Assembly (NCBI GenBank): GCA_041288095.1
Contig: JBGGMJ010000175.1
Location: 1-63,863, forward strand
Direction of reading: 5' to 3'
DNA length: 63,863 nucleotides
DNA from: Myxococcota bacterium
GTDB taxonomy: Bacteria > Myxococcota > XYA12-FULL-58-9 > JALHOP01
Below are positions 9,512-17,560 of this stretch, piece by piece. A program made the translations under genes and the position numbers. Numbering within the stretch: position 1 is the first letter of the stretch; each line of letters starts with the position of its first letter. A model generated the notes under the pieces. That model was not told the origin of the DNA. It was given only the letters and a program-made list of their open reading frames with translations, and made no database searches.

Positions 9512-10099
9512 ATGAAGCTCGATAAGATTGCCGCCCAAGCAGCTTTGCTCGCCGTCCTCTTTAGCGGAACGGCCTGCGGCTTCAACGAAGTCATCCAAAG
9601 GGATGAAGAAGTCAAAGGCGCCTGGGCCGAGGTCGAGAGCCAGTACAAGCGCCGCGCCGACCTGGTGCCGAACCTCGTCAACACCGTGAAGGGCGCCGCC
9701 AACTTCGAGCAGGAAACGCTCGAGAAGGTCGTGCAGGCGCGCTCGAAGGTCGGCAGTGTCCAGGTCGACGGCTCGACCATTGACGACCCGGCGAAGCTCC
9801 AGGCTTTCGAGCATGCGCAGGGCGAGCTGTCGAGCGCCTTGTCGCGGCTCTTGGTGGTCTCGGAGCGCTATCCCGAGCTCAAGGCCACGGAGGCCTTCCG
9901 CGACCTGCAGGTGCAGCTCGAGGGCACCGAAAATCGCATCACGGTGGCGCGCCGCCGCTTCATCGACGCGGTGGCCGCGTACAACACGACCGTCCAGGTG
10001 TTCCCGAGCATGATTGGCGCCAAGATGCGCGGTAAGGCGGTGCGTCCGACCTTCACCGGCAATCCCGCGGACGCCAACGTGCCCGAGGTGAAGTTCTGA
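9512..10099 (+). CDS. lemA: LemA family protein
   Basis: WAEVESQYKRRADLVPNLVNTVKG, ERYPELKA, LEGTENRITVARRRF. Confidence 0.95.
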   Translation: MKLDKIAAQAALLAVLFSGTACGFNEVIQRDEEVKGAWAEVESQYKRRADLVPNLVNTVKGAANFEQETLEKVVQARSKVGSVQVDGSTIDDPAKLQAFEHAQGELSSALSRLLVVSERYPELKATEAFRDLQVQLEGTENRITVARRRFIDAVAAYNTTVQVFPSMIGAKMRGKAVRPTFTGNPADANVPEVKF

Positions 10100-10845
10100 A
10101 ACGTATCGGCATCGCGCTGGCGTTCGCTTGTGCCGCGTTCTTGTGCGCGGCACGCGTGTCCGCTTACGCGGTGCCGCCGTTCAATGCACACGTGACCGAT
10201 CTCGCGGGGCTCCTCGAGCCCGGCGACCGCGCGCGGCTCGAGAACAAGCTCGCGAGCTATCAGCGCAACAATGGTCCGCAGATGGCGCTGCTGATCGTGC
10301 CGACGCTCGATGGTGACGCGCTCGAGGACGTGGCCTTCCGTGTCTTCAACACCTGGAAGCTGGGTAAACAAGGCAAGGACGATGGGCTGCTCATGCTCGT
10401 CGTCACCGAAGACCGCCGCGTGAAGATCGAGGTCGGCGACGGCCTCGAGGGCAACATCACCGACGTGCTCTCTGGCCGCGTCATTCGCAACATCGTCGCG
10501 CCGGGCTTCCGTGAGCGCGACTACATCGGCGGCCTCGATCGCGCCTTCGACGCGTTGATGACCGCGGCGACCGGCAATGCCGCCGAGCTGCCCACCGAGC
10601 TGACCCAGGAGCACCACCGGGCCCGGCGCACCAGCTCACCGGCGCTCATCATCTTCTTCATTCTCTTCGCGATCATCTCGAGCCTTGGTCGCAGGCGTCG
10701 CTATGGCGGATGGTTGCTCTGGGGTGCCGGCAACGCGCTCCTGTCCGGTCGCTCTTCGGGTGGCTTCTTCGGCGGCGGTGGCGGCGGCTTTGGTGGCGGC
10801 GGCGGTGGACGCTCGAGCGGCGGCGGCGCCAGTGGGGGATGGTGA
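10096..10845 (+). CDS. TPM domain protein (YgcG family) with Gly-rich tail
   Basis: VTDLAGLL, WKLGKQGKDDGLL, IEVGDGLEG, GGGRSSGGGASGGW; signal peptide is complete only with a CTG start at 10096 (first canonical start TTG 10141). Confidence 0.9.
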   Translation: MKRIGIALAFACAAFLCAARVSAYAVPPFNAHVTDLAGLLEPGDRARLENKLASYQRNNGPQMALLIVPTLDGDALEDVAFRVFNTWKLGKQGKDDGLLMLVVTEDRRVKIEVGDGLEGNITDVLSGRVIRNIVAPGFRERDYIGGLDRAFDALMTAATGNAAELPTELTQEHHRARRTSSPALIIFFILFAIISSLGRRRRYGGWLLWGAGNALLSGRSSGGFFGGGGGGFGGGGGGRSSGGGASGGW

Positions 10846-11462
10846 TGCTCTTCACCGATCAAGAACGCGCGACCATCGAAGCAGCGGTTCGCGAGGCGGA
10901 GGCCACCACCTCGGGCGAGATCGTCGTCGTCGACGTGGAGCGCAGCGCGACCTACGGAACCGAGCGCGCTCTCGCAGCGGCGCTCTTGGCCGCGGCCTGC
11001 GCCACCGCCATGGTCCTGGTCGCCCCACACCTGCCGGCACCGTACTACTTGCTCGCGCAGGTGCCGTTTTTCGGGCTCGTGTGGCTCCTCGCTTCGACCT
11101 CGCGCGTGCAGCGCTTGTTGGCCGGCGGCGCGCGCATGGACGCGGCAGCCCGGGCTCGCGCGGCGTCACTTTTCTCGGAACGCGGCGTGCACATGACGCG
11201 CGAGCGGACTGGCGTGCTCCTCATGCTCTCGGAGATCGAGCGGCGGGTCGTCATCCTCGCGGACTCGGGCATCAACGCGCGTGTGGCGCCCGACGCCTGG
11301 GAGAAACACGTCGCGACGATCGTCGACGCCATCCATCGGGGCGCCGCGGGTGACGGCGTGGCATCGGTCGTTCGCGAAGTAGGTACTTTGCTCGCAAAAG
11401 ACTTCCCGAGGCGTCCAGACGACGTGAACGAGCTGCCTGACAGGCCTGAGCGCGCCGGCTAG
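10839..11462 (+). CDS. TPM domain membrane protein
   Basis: IEAAVREAEATTSGEIV, TRERTGVL, ILADSGI, DDVNELPD; third gene of LemA-TPM-TPM cluster. Confidence 0.9.
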   Translation: MVMLFTDQERATIEAAVREAEATTSGEIVVVDVERSATYGTERALAAALLAAACATAMVLVAPHLPAPYYLLAQVPFFGLVWLLASTSRVQRLLAGGARMDAAARARAASLFSERGVHMTRERTGVLLMLSEIERRVVILADSGINARVAPDAWEKHVATIVDAIHRGAAGDGVASVVREVGTLLAKDFPRRPDDVNELPDRPERAG

Positions 11463-11505
11463 GGGTCGCAACCCGGCCATCGTTTCAGACGACAATCACC
11501 GCTCC

Positions 11506-12078
11506 ATGACATTTTTCGAAAGCTCGGAGTCCTTGGGGACCCGCATGCGCCCCCTCTGGGAAAAAGGCGTCGCGGATTTCAAGTCCAGCCCCGCCATCGA
11601 GAAGCCCGTGGTTGGCGCGGGTGGCGCCATCGGGGCCGTCGCCGGGACGGTCTGGAGCGTGCCCAAGACCGTGGGCGTCGCCGCGTTCGAGTATTACGAC
11701 AGCTCCTTCGGCAAGAGCCGCGGCCGCAACTTCTTCGACTACGTCACCAGCTCGCCGCTTCTGCACACTTTGGCGTTCGCTGCTCTCGCCGGCGTGCTGG
11801 GTGCGGGCTTGAAGGCCGCCGGCGTGAGTCTGCCGCCCGACCTGGGCATCTCCAGCAGTTTTCAGGCGGGCGCCATCGCCTACTTGTTCTCGTACGTCGG
11901 CCGCACGTTCCCGAGGGTCGTTGGGGCCGCCGCCGCCGGCGTCACCGGGCAGGGGCTCAGCCTCGGCCGCGAATTCGTCGACTGGTTCAAGCGGCCATTG
12001 GGCGAGCAGGGCGCGACCACGTGGAAGGTGGCGAGTAGCGAATCGCGTGCCGCCGCCAAGAAGCCCAGCGTCGAGTAG
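11506..12078 (+). CDS. Hypothetical protein with Gly/Ala-rich hydrophobic segments
   Basis: 190-aa ORF filling the gap with host-like codon usage; no family recognised. Confidence 0.7.
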   Translation: MTFFESSESLGTRMRPLWEKGVADFKSSPAIEKPVVGAGGAIGAVAGTVWSVPKTVGVAAFEYYDSSFGKSRGRNFFDYVTSSPLLHTLAFAALAGVLGAGLKAAGVSLPPDLGISSSFQAGAIAYLFSYVGRTFPRVVGAAAAGVTGQGLSLGREFVDWFKRPLGEQGATTWKVASSESRAAAKKPSVE

Positions 12079-12134
12079 TCCGTACCTCGCGACGGCTTGT
12101 CAGAAGTACCTGCGCGGAGGGATGCTCGAGCCGA

Positions 12135-13703
12135 ATGACTTCGCGGCTCGTTCCAGTCGCCGACCCCGAGAACTTGGTGCACCAGGACGTGGTGCTCGAG
12201 GGGCAAAACTTCTCCTTTGGCCGAGGCCTCGGCAACACTGTCGTCCTCGACGACGTGCAGGTATCGAAGAACCACGCGGTGCTGCGCCGAGACGAGGGCC
12301 ACTGGGTGGTCCACGACCTCGGCAGCTCGAACGGCACCTTCGTAAACGGCACGCGGGTGCTCAAGCACCGATTGATGCCCGGCGACGAGCTCGAGCTGGG
12401 TGGCTGCCGCTTCACCTTCCAGGCCGATGGCGGCTCACCGCCCACGATGTTGCAGATCGTGCCCGAGAGTCGCGAGGGCAAGACGAGCGTCCTTGCGACC
12501 AGGCAGGTCGCGGCGTTCGAGCCCGTGAAGCGCATCGACGACGCCAAGCGCCTGCGCGGCGACTACGAACGTTTGCGCGCGGCCTTCGCGGCGGTACGAG
12601 AGCTGATCGCCATCACCGACGTGCGTGCGCTGTGTCAGCGCATGCTCGAGGTCACCTTCGAGCTGGTGCGTGCCGAGACCGGCGTCGTGTTGCTCATGGA
12701 CGAGCACGAGGAGCTCCAGCCCATTGCCACGCGCTCGCTTCACGGCGACTCCGCTCAACGCGTGATGGTGAGCCGCACCGTCATCGACCGGGTCGTCAAG
12801 GGCCGCGAGGCCATCCTCGCGAACGACGCCCTGGTGGACGAGCGCTTCTCGGCGGCGATGTCGATCGTGCGCGCCAACATGCGTTCGGTCATGTGCGTGC
12901 CGCTCGTCGAGAAGGGGCGGCTGCTCGGCATGCTGCACGTCGGCAACACCTCGCATGCGTCCGCGTTCACGAACGACGACCTCGACATGCTCTCGGGCCT
13001 GGGAGCCGGGGCGAGTGTCGCCGTCGGCAATGCCTTGCTTTCGCGCCGCCTCGAGGACGAGTCGCGGGCGCGCGAAGCTCTCGGGCGTTTCCTGTCGCCG
13101 GTCGTCGTCGAGCGCGTCTTGAGCAACGACGTCGAGCTCGAGCGCGGTGGCGCCGAGGCCCAGGTCACGGTGCTCTTCGCCGACATCCGGGGCTTCACGA
13201 CGCTCTCCGAGCAGACACCGGCGGCCAAGGTCGTCGCCCTCCTGAACGAGTACTTCGACTTGATGGTCGAGATCGTCTTCCGCCATGGCGGAGCACTCGA
13301 CAAGTTCATTGGCGACGCCTTGATGGCTGTCTGGGGCACACCGGTCCACAGCGACGACGACGCCAAGCACGCGGTGGCGGCGGCGGCCGAGATGCACGAC
13401 ACCCTCGTGGCCCTCAACCAGCGCCGACGCGACCGTGGCGAGGAGCCCATCGCCATCGGCATTGGTCTCGCGAGTGGCTCCTGCGTCGCGGGAGCAATGG
13501 GCGCGCGGCGCCGCCTCGACTTCACCGTCATCGGCGACTGCGTGAACCTCGCTAGCCGCCTCGCGGGCGCGGCGGGTCCCGGCAGAATCATCAGCGACGA
13601 GACGACCTTCAAGCGTGCCGGCTCTCCAGCGACGGCGACGCGCCTCGAGCCCGCCAAGGTGAAGGGCAAGGCGCAGCCGGTGCAGATCTTCAGTCTGCGC
13701 TAG
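12135..13703 (+). CDS. FHA-GAF-class III adenylate cyclase
   Basis: FHA (GR..S.NHA..S.NGTFVNG), GAF (RSVMCVPL), cyclase FADIRGFT, DKFIGDA, FTVIGDCVNLASRL. Confidence 0.93.
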   Translation: MTSRLVPVADPENLVHQDVVLEGQNFSFGRGLGNTVVLDDVQVSKNHAVLRRDEGHWVVHDLGSSNGTFVNGTRVLKHRLMPGDELELGGCRFTFQADGGSPPTMLQIVPESREGKTSVLATRQVAAFEPVKRIDDAKRLRGDYERLRAAFAAVRELIAITDVRALCQRMLEVTFELVRAETGVVLLMDEHEELQPIATRSLHGDSAQRVMVSRTVIDRVVKGREAILANDALVDERFSAAMSIVRANMRSVMCVPLVEKGRLLGMLHVGNTSHASAFTNDDLDMLSGLGAGASVAVGNALLSRRLEDESRAREALGRFLSPVVVERVLSNDVELERGGAEAQVTVLFADIRGFTTLSEQTPAAKVVALLNEYFDLMVEIVFRHGGALDKFIGDALMAVWGTPVHSDDDAKHAVAAAAEMHDTLVALNQRRRDRGEEPIAIGIGLASGSCVAGAMGARRRLDFTVIGDCVNLASRLAGAAGPGRIISDETTFKRAGSPATATRLEPAKVKGKAQPVQIFSLR

Positions 13704-13730
13704 GGCGATCCTCCACTTGTTTTGCGGTCA

Positions 13731-13916
13731 CTTGCGAGCCGTTTTAGCGTCTGCTGTTTGGGGCCTCGGTGGATCTGCACCGAGGGGGTGGAGGAGACCC
13801 GGGGGGCGGGCGTTTACCTTGGCGTCTGCTTGCTGCGCGGGGCCGGAGGTTGTGCTTCGCAAGGGGTCGTGTCGCTATAGCGGACGCTGGGAAAATGCGC
13901 GTTAACGCGCATTTTG
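13731..13916. repeat. Left arm of ~190-bp imperfect inverted repeat flanking HNH ORF
   Basis: 13731-13804 is the reverse complement of 14759-14832 at 71/74; further matching blocks inward; ends in perfect palindrome AAAATGCGCGTTAACGCGCATTTT (13892-13915). Confidence 0.93.
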
Positions 13917-13923
13917 CGGCCCA

Positions 13924-14688
13924 GTGCTCGACGCCGGAAACTACGGCGAGCGGCTCAAGGCGGCCGTGGGCAAGACCTGCGCGCAGATCAAGCTCCTGGT
14001 GGCGACCTGGGAACCGAAGCCGCACGTTCCGACGACGGTCTTCAGAGTGAAGGTCGATGAGCGGCCGGGCCTGTTTGCGGCGAAGGTCGAGGAGCGGCGG
14101 GCACAGGAACATGCGAAGGTCGCTGAAGCGCCAGCCTCATCAGCGCCGGTTTCGCGGCTCGAGCTCCCTCCTCCGCCACGCGCGCCACAACCCGAGCCCC
14201 TCGACGCGGGTCACTACAAGCTGAAGCTCACCATCGATGCCGAGACCTACGAGGAGCTCATGCGCTTGCGCGACCTCGTGCGACACAGCGTTCCCGACGG
14301 TGACATCGCCAAGGTCATCAGCAAGGCCATCAAGGATCAACGCAAGGCTGTCGAGAAGCGCAAGCTCGGCCGCAGCGACAAACCCAAGCAGCTCCCTCTC
14401 GGCGAGGTCCGCGAAGAGCGCGCTCCCGACAAATCACGTGCCCCAGGAGCCCCGACCCGACGCGAAGTTTCGGAGCGCGACGGCGACCGCTGCGCCTTCG
14501 TCAGCGCCACAGGCAAGCGCTGCAGCGCAACCGCCTGGATCGAGTTCGATCACAAGGTCACGGTCGCCGACGGCGGTGAAACCATGACTTCGAATCTCCG
14601 CCTCTACTGCCGCGCCCATAACCAAGCCCGCAACTTCACCAAAATGCGCGTTGACGCGCATTCCACAAAAGCGGACACACCGATATAG
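13924..14688 (+). CDS. HNH endonuclease-motif protein, probably 5'-truncated
   Basis: RREVSERDGDRCAF....KRC....IEFDH....GG....NLRLYCRAHN; preceded by RHH-like YKLKLTIDAETYEELMRLRDL; in-frame TAA at 13903 lies within left palindrome; no clear RBS. Confidence 0.85.
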   Translation: MLDAGNYGERLKAAVGKTCAQIKLLVATWEPKPHVPTTVFRVKVDERPGLFAAKVEERRAQEHAKVAEAPASSAPVSRLELPPPPRAPQPEPLDAGHYKLKLTIDAETYEELMRLRDLVRHSVPDGDIAKVISKAIKDQRKAVEKRKLGRSDKPKQLPLGEVREERAPDKSRAPGAPTRREVSERDGDRCAFVSATGKRCSATAWIEFDHKVTVADGGETMTSNLRLYCRAHNQARNFTKMRVDAHSTKADTPI

Positions 14689-14832
14689 CCAAGCCGCCGG
14701 AAGCGAAGCACAACCCCTCCGGCTCGTGCAGAAAGCACAACCCCAAAGCCGGCGAAGGCCCCGGGTCTCCTCCACCCCCTGGGAGCAGATCCACCGAGGC
14801 CCCAAACAGCAGACCCTAAAACGGCTCGCAAG
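14640..14832. repeat. Right arm of inverted repeat (overlaps last codons of HNH ORF)
   Basis: Starts with AAAATGCGCGTTGACGCGCATTCC (14641-14664); contains AAGCACAACCCC twice (14706, 14733); 74-bp core at 14759-14832. Confidence 0.93.
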
Positions 14833-14840
14833 CGGCAACG

Positions 14841-15446
14841 TCACGGCCTCGCATATGTGCTGTAGCCCGCTTCGTGCCTCGCTCGCGCCGCGACCTGTTG
14901 CGCGCGGCGCGCGTAGGCGTCGTTCTTGGCGCGCGGCAGCTCGTGCAAGCGCTTGCCGTGCATGTCGATTGCGAGCGCGTAGAGGCCGCGCTCTTCCGGC
15001 GTGAGCTGCTCGCCGTAACTCTCGAGCACGCGCCGCGCGAACGCGATGTAGTCACGCGACGACCGCTCGCGCTCCGCGAAATAGGCTTCGATCTCTTCGG
15101 CCGTCGCCGTACCTGACAGGACCTTTCCGTAGAGTGCATTACGCCGCGCCTTGTCCGTGAGGCGACGCTCCCGGGCCGGCTCGTCGTCCGAGGGTGCGGC
15201 ATCCGTCCAGTACGTGTTGTCCGGCATCTCGGCGCGCAGCACCTCGAGGTCGATCACCGCCGCGCCGGGAACGTCGCCGCGGGTATCGGTTGTGGCCGCT
15301 ACAGCGGAGTGCGCCGCGGGTACTGGTGGCGGCACGTTTTCCACCGACGTCGTTTGCCCAAGCGCCGCGTCTGAGCGCCCGCGCCAAGCAAGCACCCCGA
15401 CCATGATGGCAGCGCAGGCCAGGGCGAAAAGCCACCAACGAGTCAT
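14841..15446 (-). CDS. Hypothetical N-terminally anchored helical protein
   Basis: MTRWWLFALACAAIMVGVLAWR anchor, Pro/Ala linker, helical C-domain. Confidence 0.75.
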   Translation of the reverse strand: MTRWWLFALACAAIMVGVLAWRGRSDAALGQTTSVENVPPPVPAAHSAVAATTDTRGDVPGAAVIDLEVLRAEMPDNTYWTDAAPSDDEPARERRLTDKARRNALYGKVLSGTATAEEIEAYFAERERSSRDYIAFARRVLESYGEQLTPEERGLYALAIDMHGKRLHELPRAKNDAYARRAQQVAARARHEAGYSTYARP

Positions 15447-15551
15447 CGTGTCCGCCCCCGAAAAAAGCGTCGTCGGATGACGCACCGCGCGGTGCCATCG
15501 CTCGTAAGGTGTTCACTTTGAGGAGAAAGCGCGAGCTGGTGGGGGTTGGTC

Positions 15552-16862
15552 ATGAAGCTTGTGACGGCGCTCGTTCTCTTGGGTGTACTCGGAGCTTCAC
15601 CGCCCGCGCGCGCGCAAGACATCCTCGACGGCATCGTGGATGCCGTGATCGACGGTGGCAACGACTTCGCCTGGGAAAAGGTCGAGCTGCCCGGCACGGT
15701 CTGCGGCAACGGCTCCCCGTACAAGTTCTTCGTCAGTCGCACGGGCTCGCCGAACGTCTTGTTCTATTTCGAAGGCGGTGGTGCGTGCTGGGACTACGAC
15801 ACCTGCAGTGGCCGCTTGGGCCAGCTGGGCGCCGCCAATCCGAACGGCATCCCCGATGACTACATGCAGGGCTTCAGAGCCCAATACGCGACACCCGTCG
15901 TCAACGGCGCCGACCCCGGCATCCCCTTCAGATCGCGCACCGAGCTCGTGACAGCGGGTTGGAACGTGGTGTTCATGCCGTACTGCACGGGCGACGTGCA
16001 CGTCGGCAACAACACGGCGGTGTACCTCGACGCGACCGGCGCCGAGCCGCCACTGCAGTGGAGCCACTCCGGCTTCGCGAACACCATCGCGGCGGCGCAG
16101 CATGCGCGAACATTGTTCCCGGCCATCGAGAAGCTCCTCGTTGCCGGCTACAGTGCCGGCGGCACCGCGACCTCGGCGGCGTATTACTTCGTGCGGCGCA
16201 CCCTGGCGCCGGCGCGCGGCTACTACTTGAACGACTCGGGCCCCATCCACCTGGCGCCGAATGTCGATGACCACTCGCGGCCGCTGCACGACAAGATTCG
16301 CGGGGCCTGGGCGCTCGAGGCGGTCCTGGCGCAGCTTCCCACTACGTTCGATGTCACCGACCTCGGCAGTATCAACGGCGTGCTGGCGCGCGAGTTCCCG
16401 AACGACCGTCTGGCGTACACGGGATACAACCGCGACTACAACTACTCGCGATTCTCCTACGAGCTTTTCCTCACGCCCAACGACCAGGAGTCTGTTTTGG
16501 CGTACTGGAAAGCCGACCAGGATGCGCTGCTCGCCTCGCTCGAGGAATATCCGAACGTCAGCTACTTCGTGCCGCACGCCCGGCCGATCAACGACAGCCA
16601 CTGCTCGACTGTCATCACGTTCATCGGTTCGCACGCGTGCCAGGAGATGCAAAAGAAACGCCGCTGGTATGAGTACTTCGAGTGGCCACCCGGTCAATCG
16701 TACAAGTGCTACAGCGAATTCGTGCCCATGGAGGTCTTTCTCTGGCGCTTCGTGAATGAAGATCAGCTGATCCGCATTCACGAGCCGCCGAATGGTTACA
16801 ACGACGAAGACATTGGCATGAGCATCGTCGCGCCGATCATCAACGCGGCTCTCGAAGGATGA
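15552..16862 (+). CDS. Secreted pectinacetylesterase/Notum-family hydrolase
   Basis: Signal peptide; [23 protein letters not shown], nucleophile GYSAGG. Confidence 0.88.
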   Translation: MKLVTALVLLGVLGASPPARAQDILDGIVDAVIDGGNDFAWEKVELPGTVCGNGSPYKFFVSRTGSPNVLFYFEGGGACWDYDTCSGRLGQLGAANPNGIPDDYMQGFRAQYATPVVNGADPGIPFRSRTELVTAGWNVVFMPYCTGDVHVGNNTAVYLDATGAEPPLQWSHSGFANTIAAAQHARTLFPAIEKLLVAGYSAGGTATSAAYYFVRRTLAPARGYYLNDSGPIHLAPNVDDHSRPLHDKIRGAWALEAVLAQLPTTFDVTDLGSINGVLAREFPNDRLAYTGYNRDYNYSRFSYELFLTPNDQESVLAYWKADQDALLASLEEYPNVSYFVPHARPINDSHCSTVITFIGSHACQEMQKKRRWYEYFEWPPGQSYKCYSEFVPMEVFLWRFVNEDQLIRIHEPPNGYNDEDIGMSIVAPIINAALEG

Positions 16863-17539
16863 AAGCGCCGGCCGTCATCGGGGTGGTGCTCATGTCCCTG
16901 GGTTGTCAGGATGACCGGGACGTGAATCGCATCATGGGCACCGGCGAAGTCACGCGCGTCACTGCCATGGCGGACGGCGACCAGCTGCGTCGAGCCGTAA
17001 GAGAAGGCCGGCGCAACGATGTCGAGGCCATGTTGCGTGCGGGAACGGACGCTTCCGAGCCGGACAAGCTAGGGGCGACACCGCTCGTGCTCGCCGCGCG
17101 GCATAACGACGACGTCGAGCTCGCGCGTCTACTGCACGCCGCCGCGCCCGCGACGCTCGAGGTGGGGGATTCGCTCCAGCGGACACCTCTGTCCTGGGCC
17201 GCGTCTTCGGGTCACGATGCAGTTTGCTCCTTCCTACTCGGGCTCGGCGCGGCGGTCGAAGCGCGGGACGCCACCGGCAAGACGCCGCTCTTTCACGCCG
17301 TCCTCACGGGCAAGGCGAGAACCGCCCGCCGCCTCATCGCGCACGGCGCGGACGTCGATGCCCGCGACGGCTTCGGCGACACGGCGCTGATGATGGCGGC
17401 GTCGAAGGACCATCGGGATATGGTCGAGCTCCTGTTACGGGCCGGCGCCTCCCGCGCGCCGAGGGACGAGCAGGGGCGCACCGCGCTCGAACGGACGCAC
17501 GACGAGGAGGTGAAGCAATTGCTGGCGGGGGACCCCTGA
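16859..17539 (+). CDS. Ankyrin-repeat lipoprotein
   Basis: Lipobox LMSLGC; repeated G.TPL..AA motifs; ATGA overlap with esterase. Confidence 0.9.
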   Translation: MKAPAVIGVVLMSLGCQDDRDVNRIMGTGEVTRVTAMADGDQLRRAVREGRRNDVEAMLRAGTDASEPDKLGATPLVLAARHNDDVELARLLHAAAPATLEVGDSLQRTPLSWAASSGHDAVCSFLLGLGAAVEARDATGKTPLFHAVLTGKARTARRLIAHGADVDARDGFGDTALMMAASKDHRDMVELLLRAGASRAPRDEQGRTALERTHDEEVKQLLAGDP

Positions 17540-17560
17540 CGAGTCGTTGTCGCCCGAGAG

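Larger units (their letters stand above)
13731..14832. mobile_element. Candidate inverted-repeat-bounded HNH element (~1.1 kb)
   Basis: Long inverted repeats enclosing a single nuclease ORF, between convergent host genes; no target-site duplication or transposase motif seen. Confidence 0.5.

Noticed and set aside
10759..10840. GGC/GGT microsatellite-like tract
   Set aside because: Encodes the normal Gly-rich tail of YgcG/TPM proteins
13924..14688. Calling the HNH ORF IscB, Cas9 or an IS transposase
   Set aside because: No PLMP, RuvC, DDE or HUH motifs visible; only HNH and an RHH-like segment
15482..15497. Sigma54 promoter TGGCACCGCGCGGTGC on the minus strand
   Set aside because: GG-to-GC spacing is 11 rather than the strict 10
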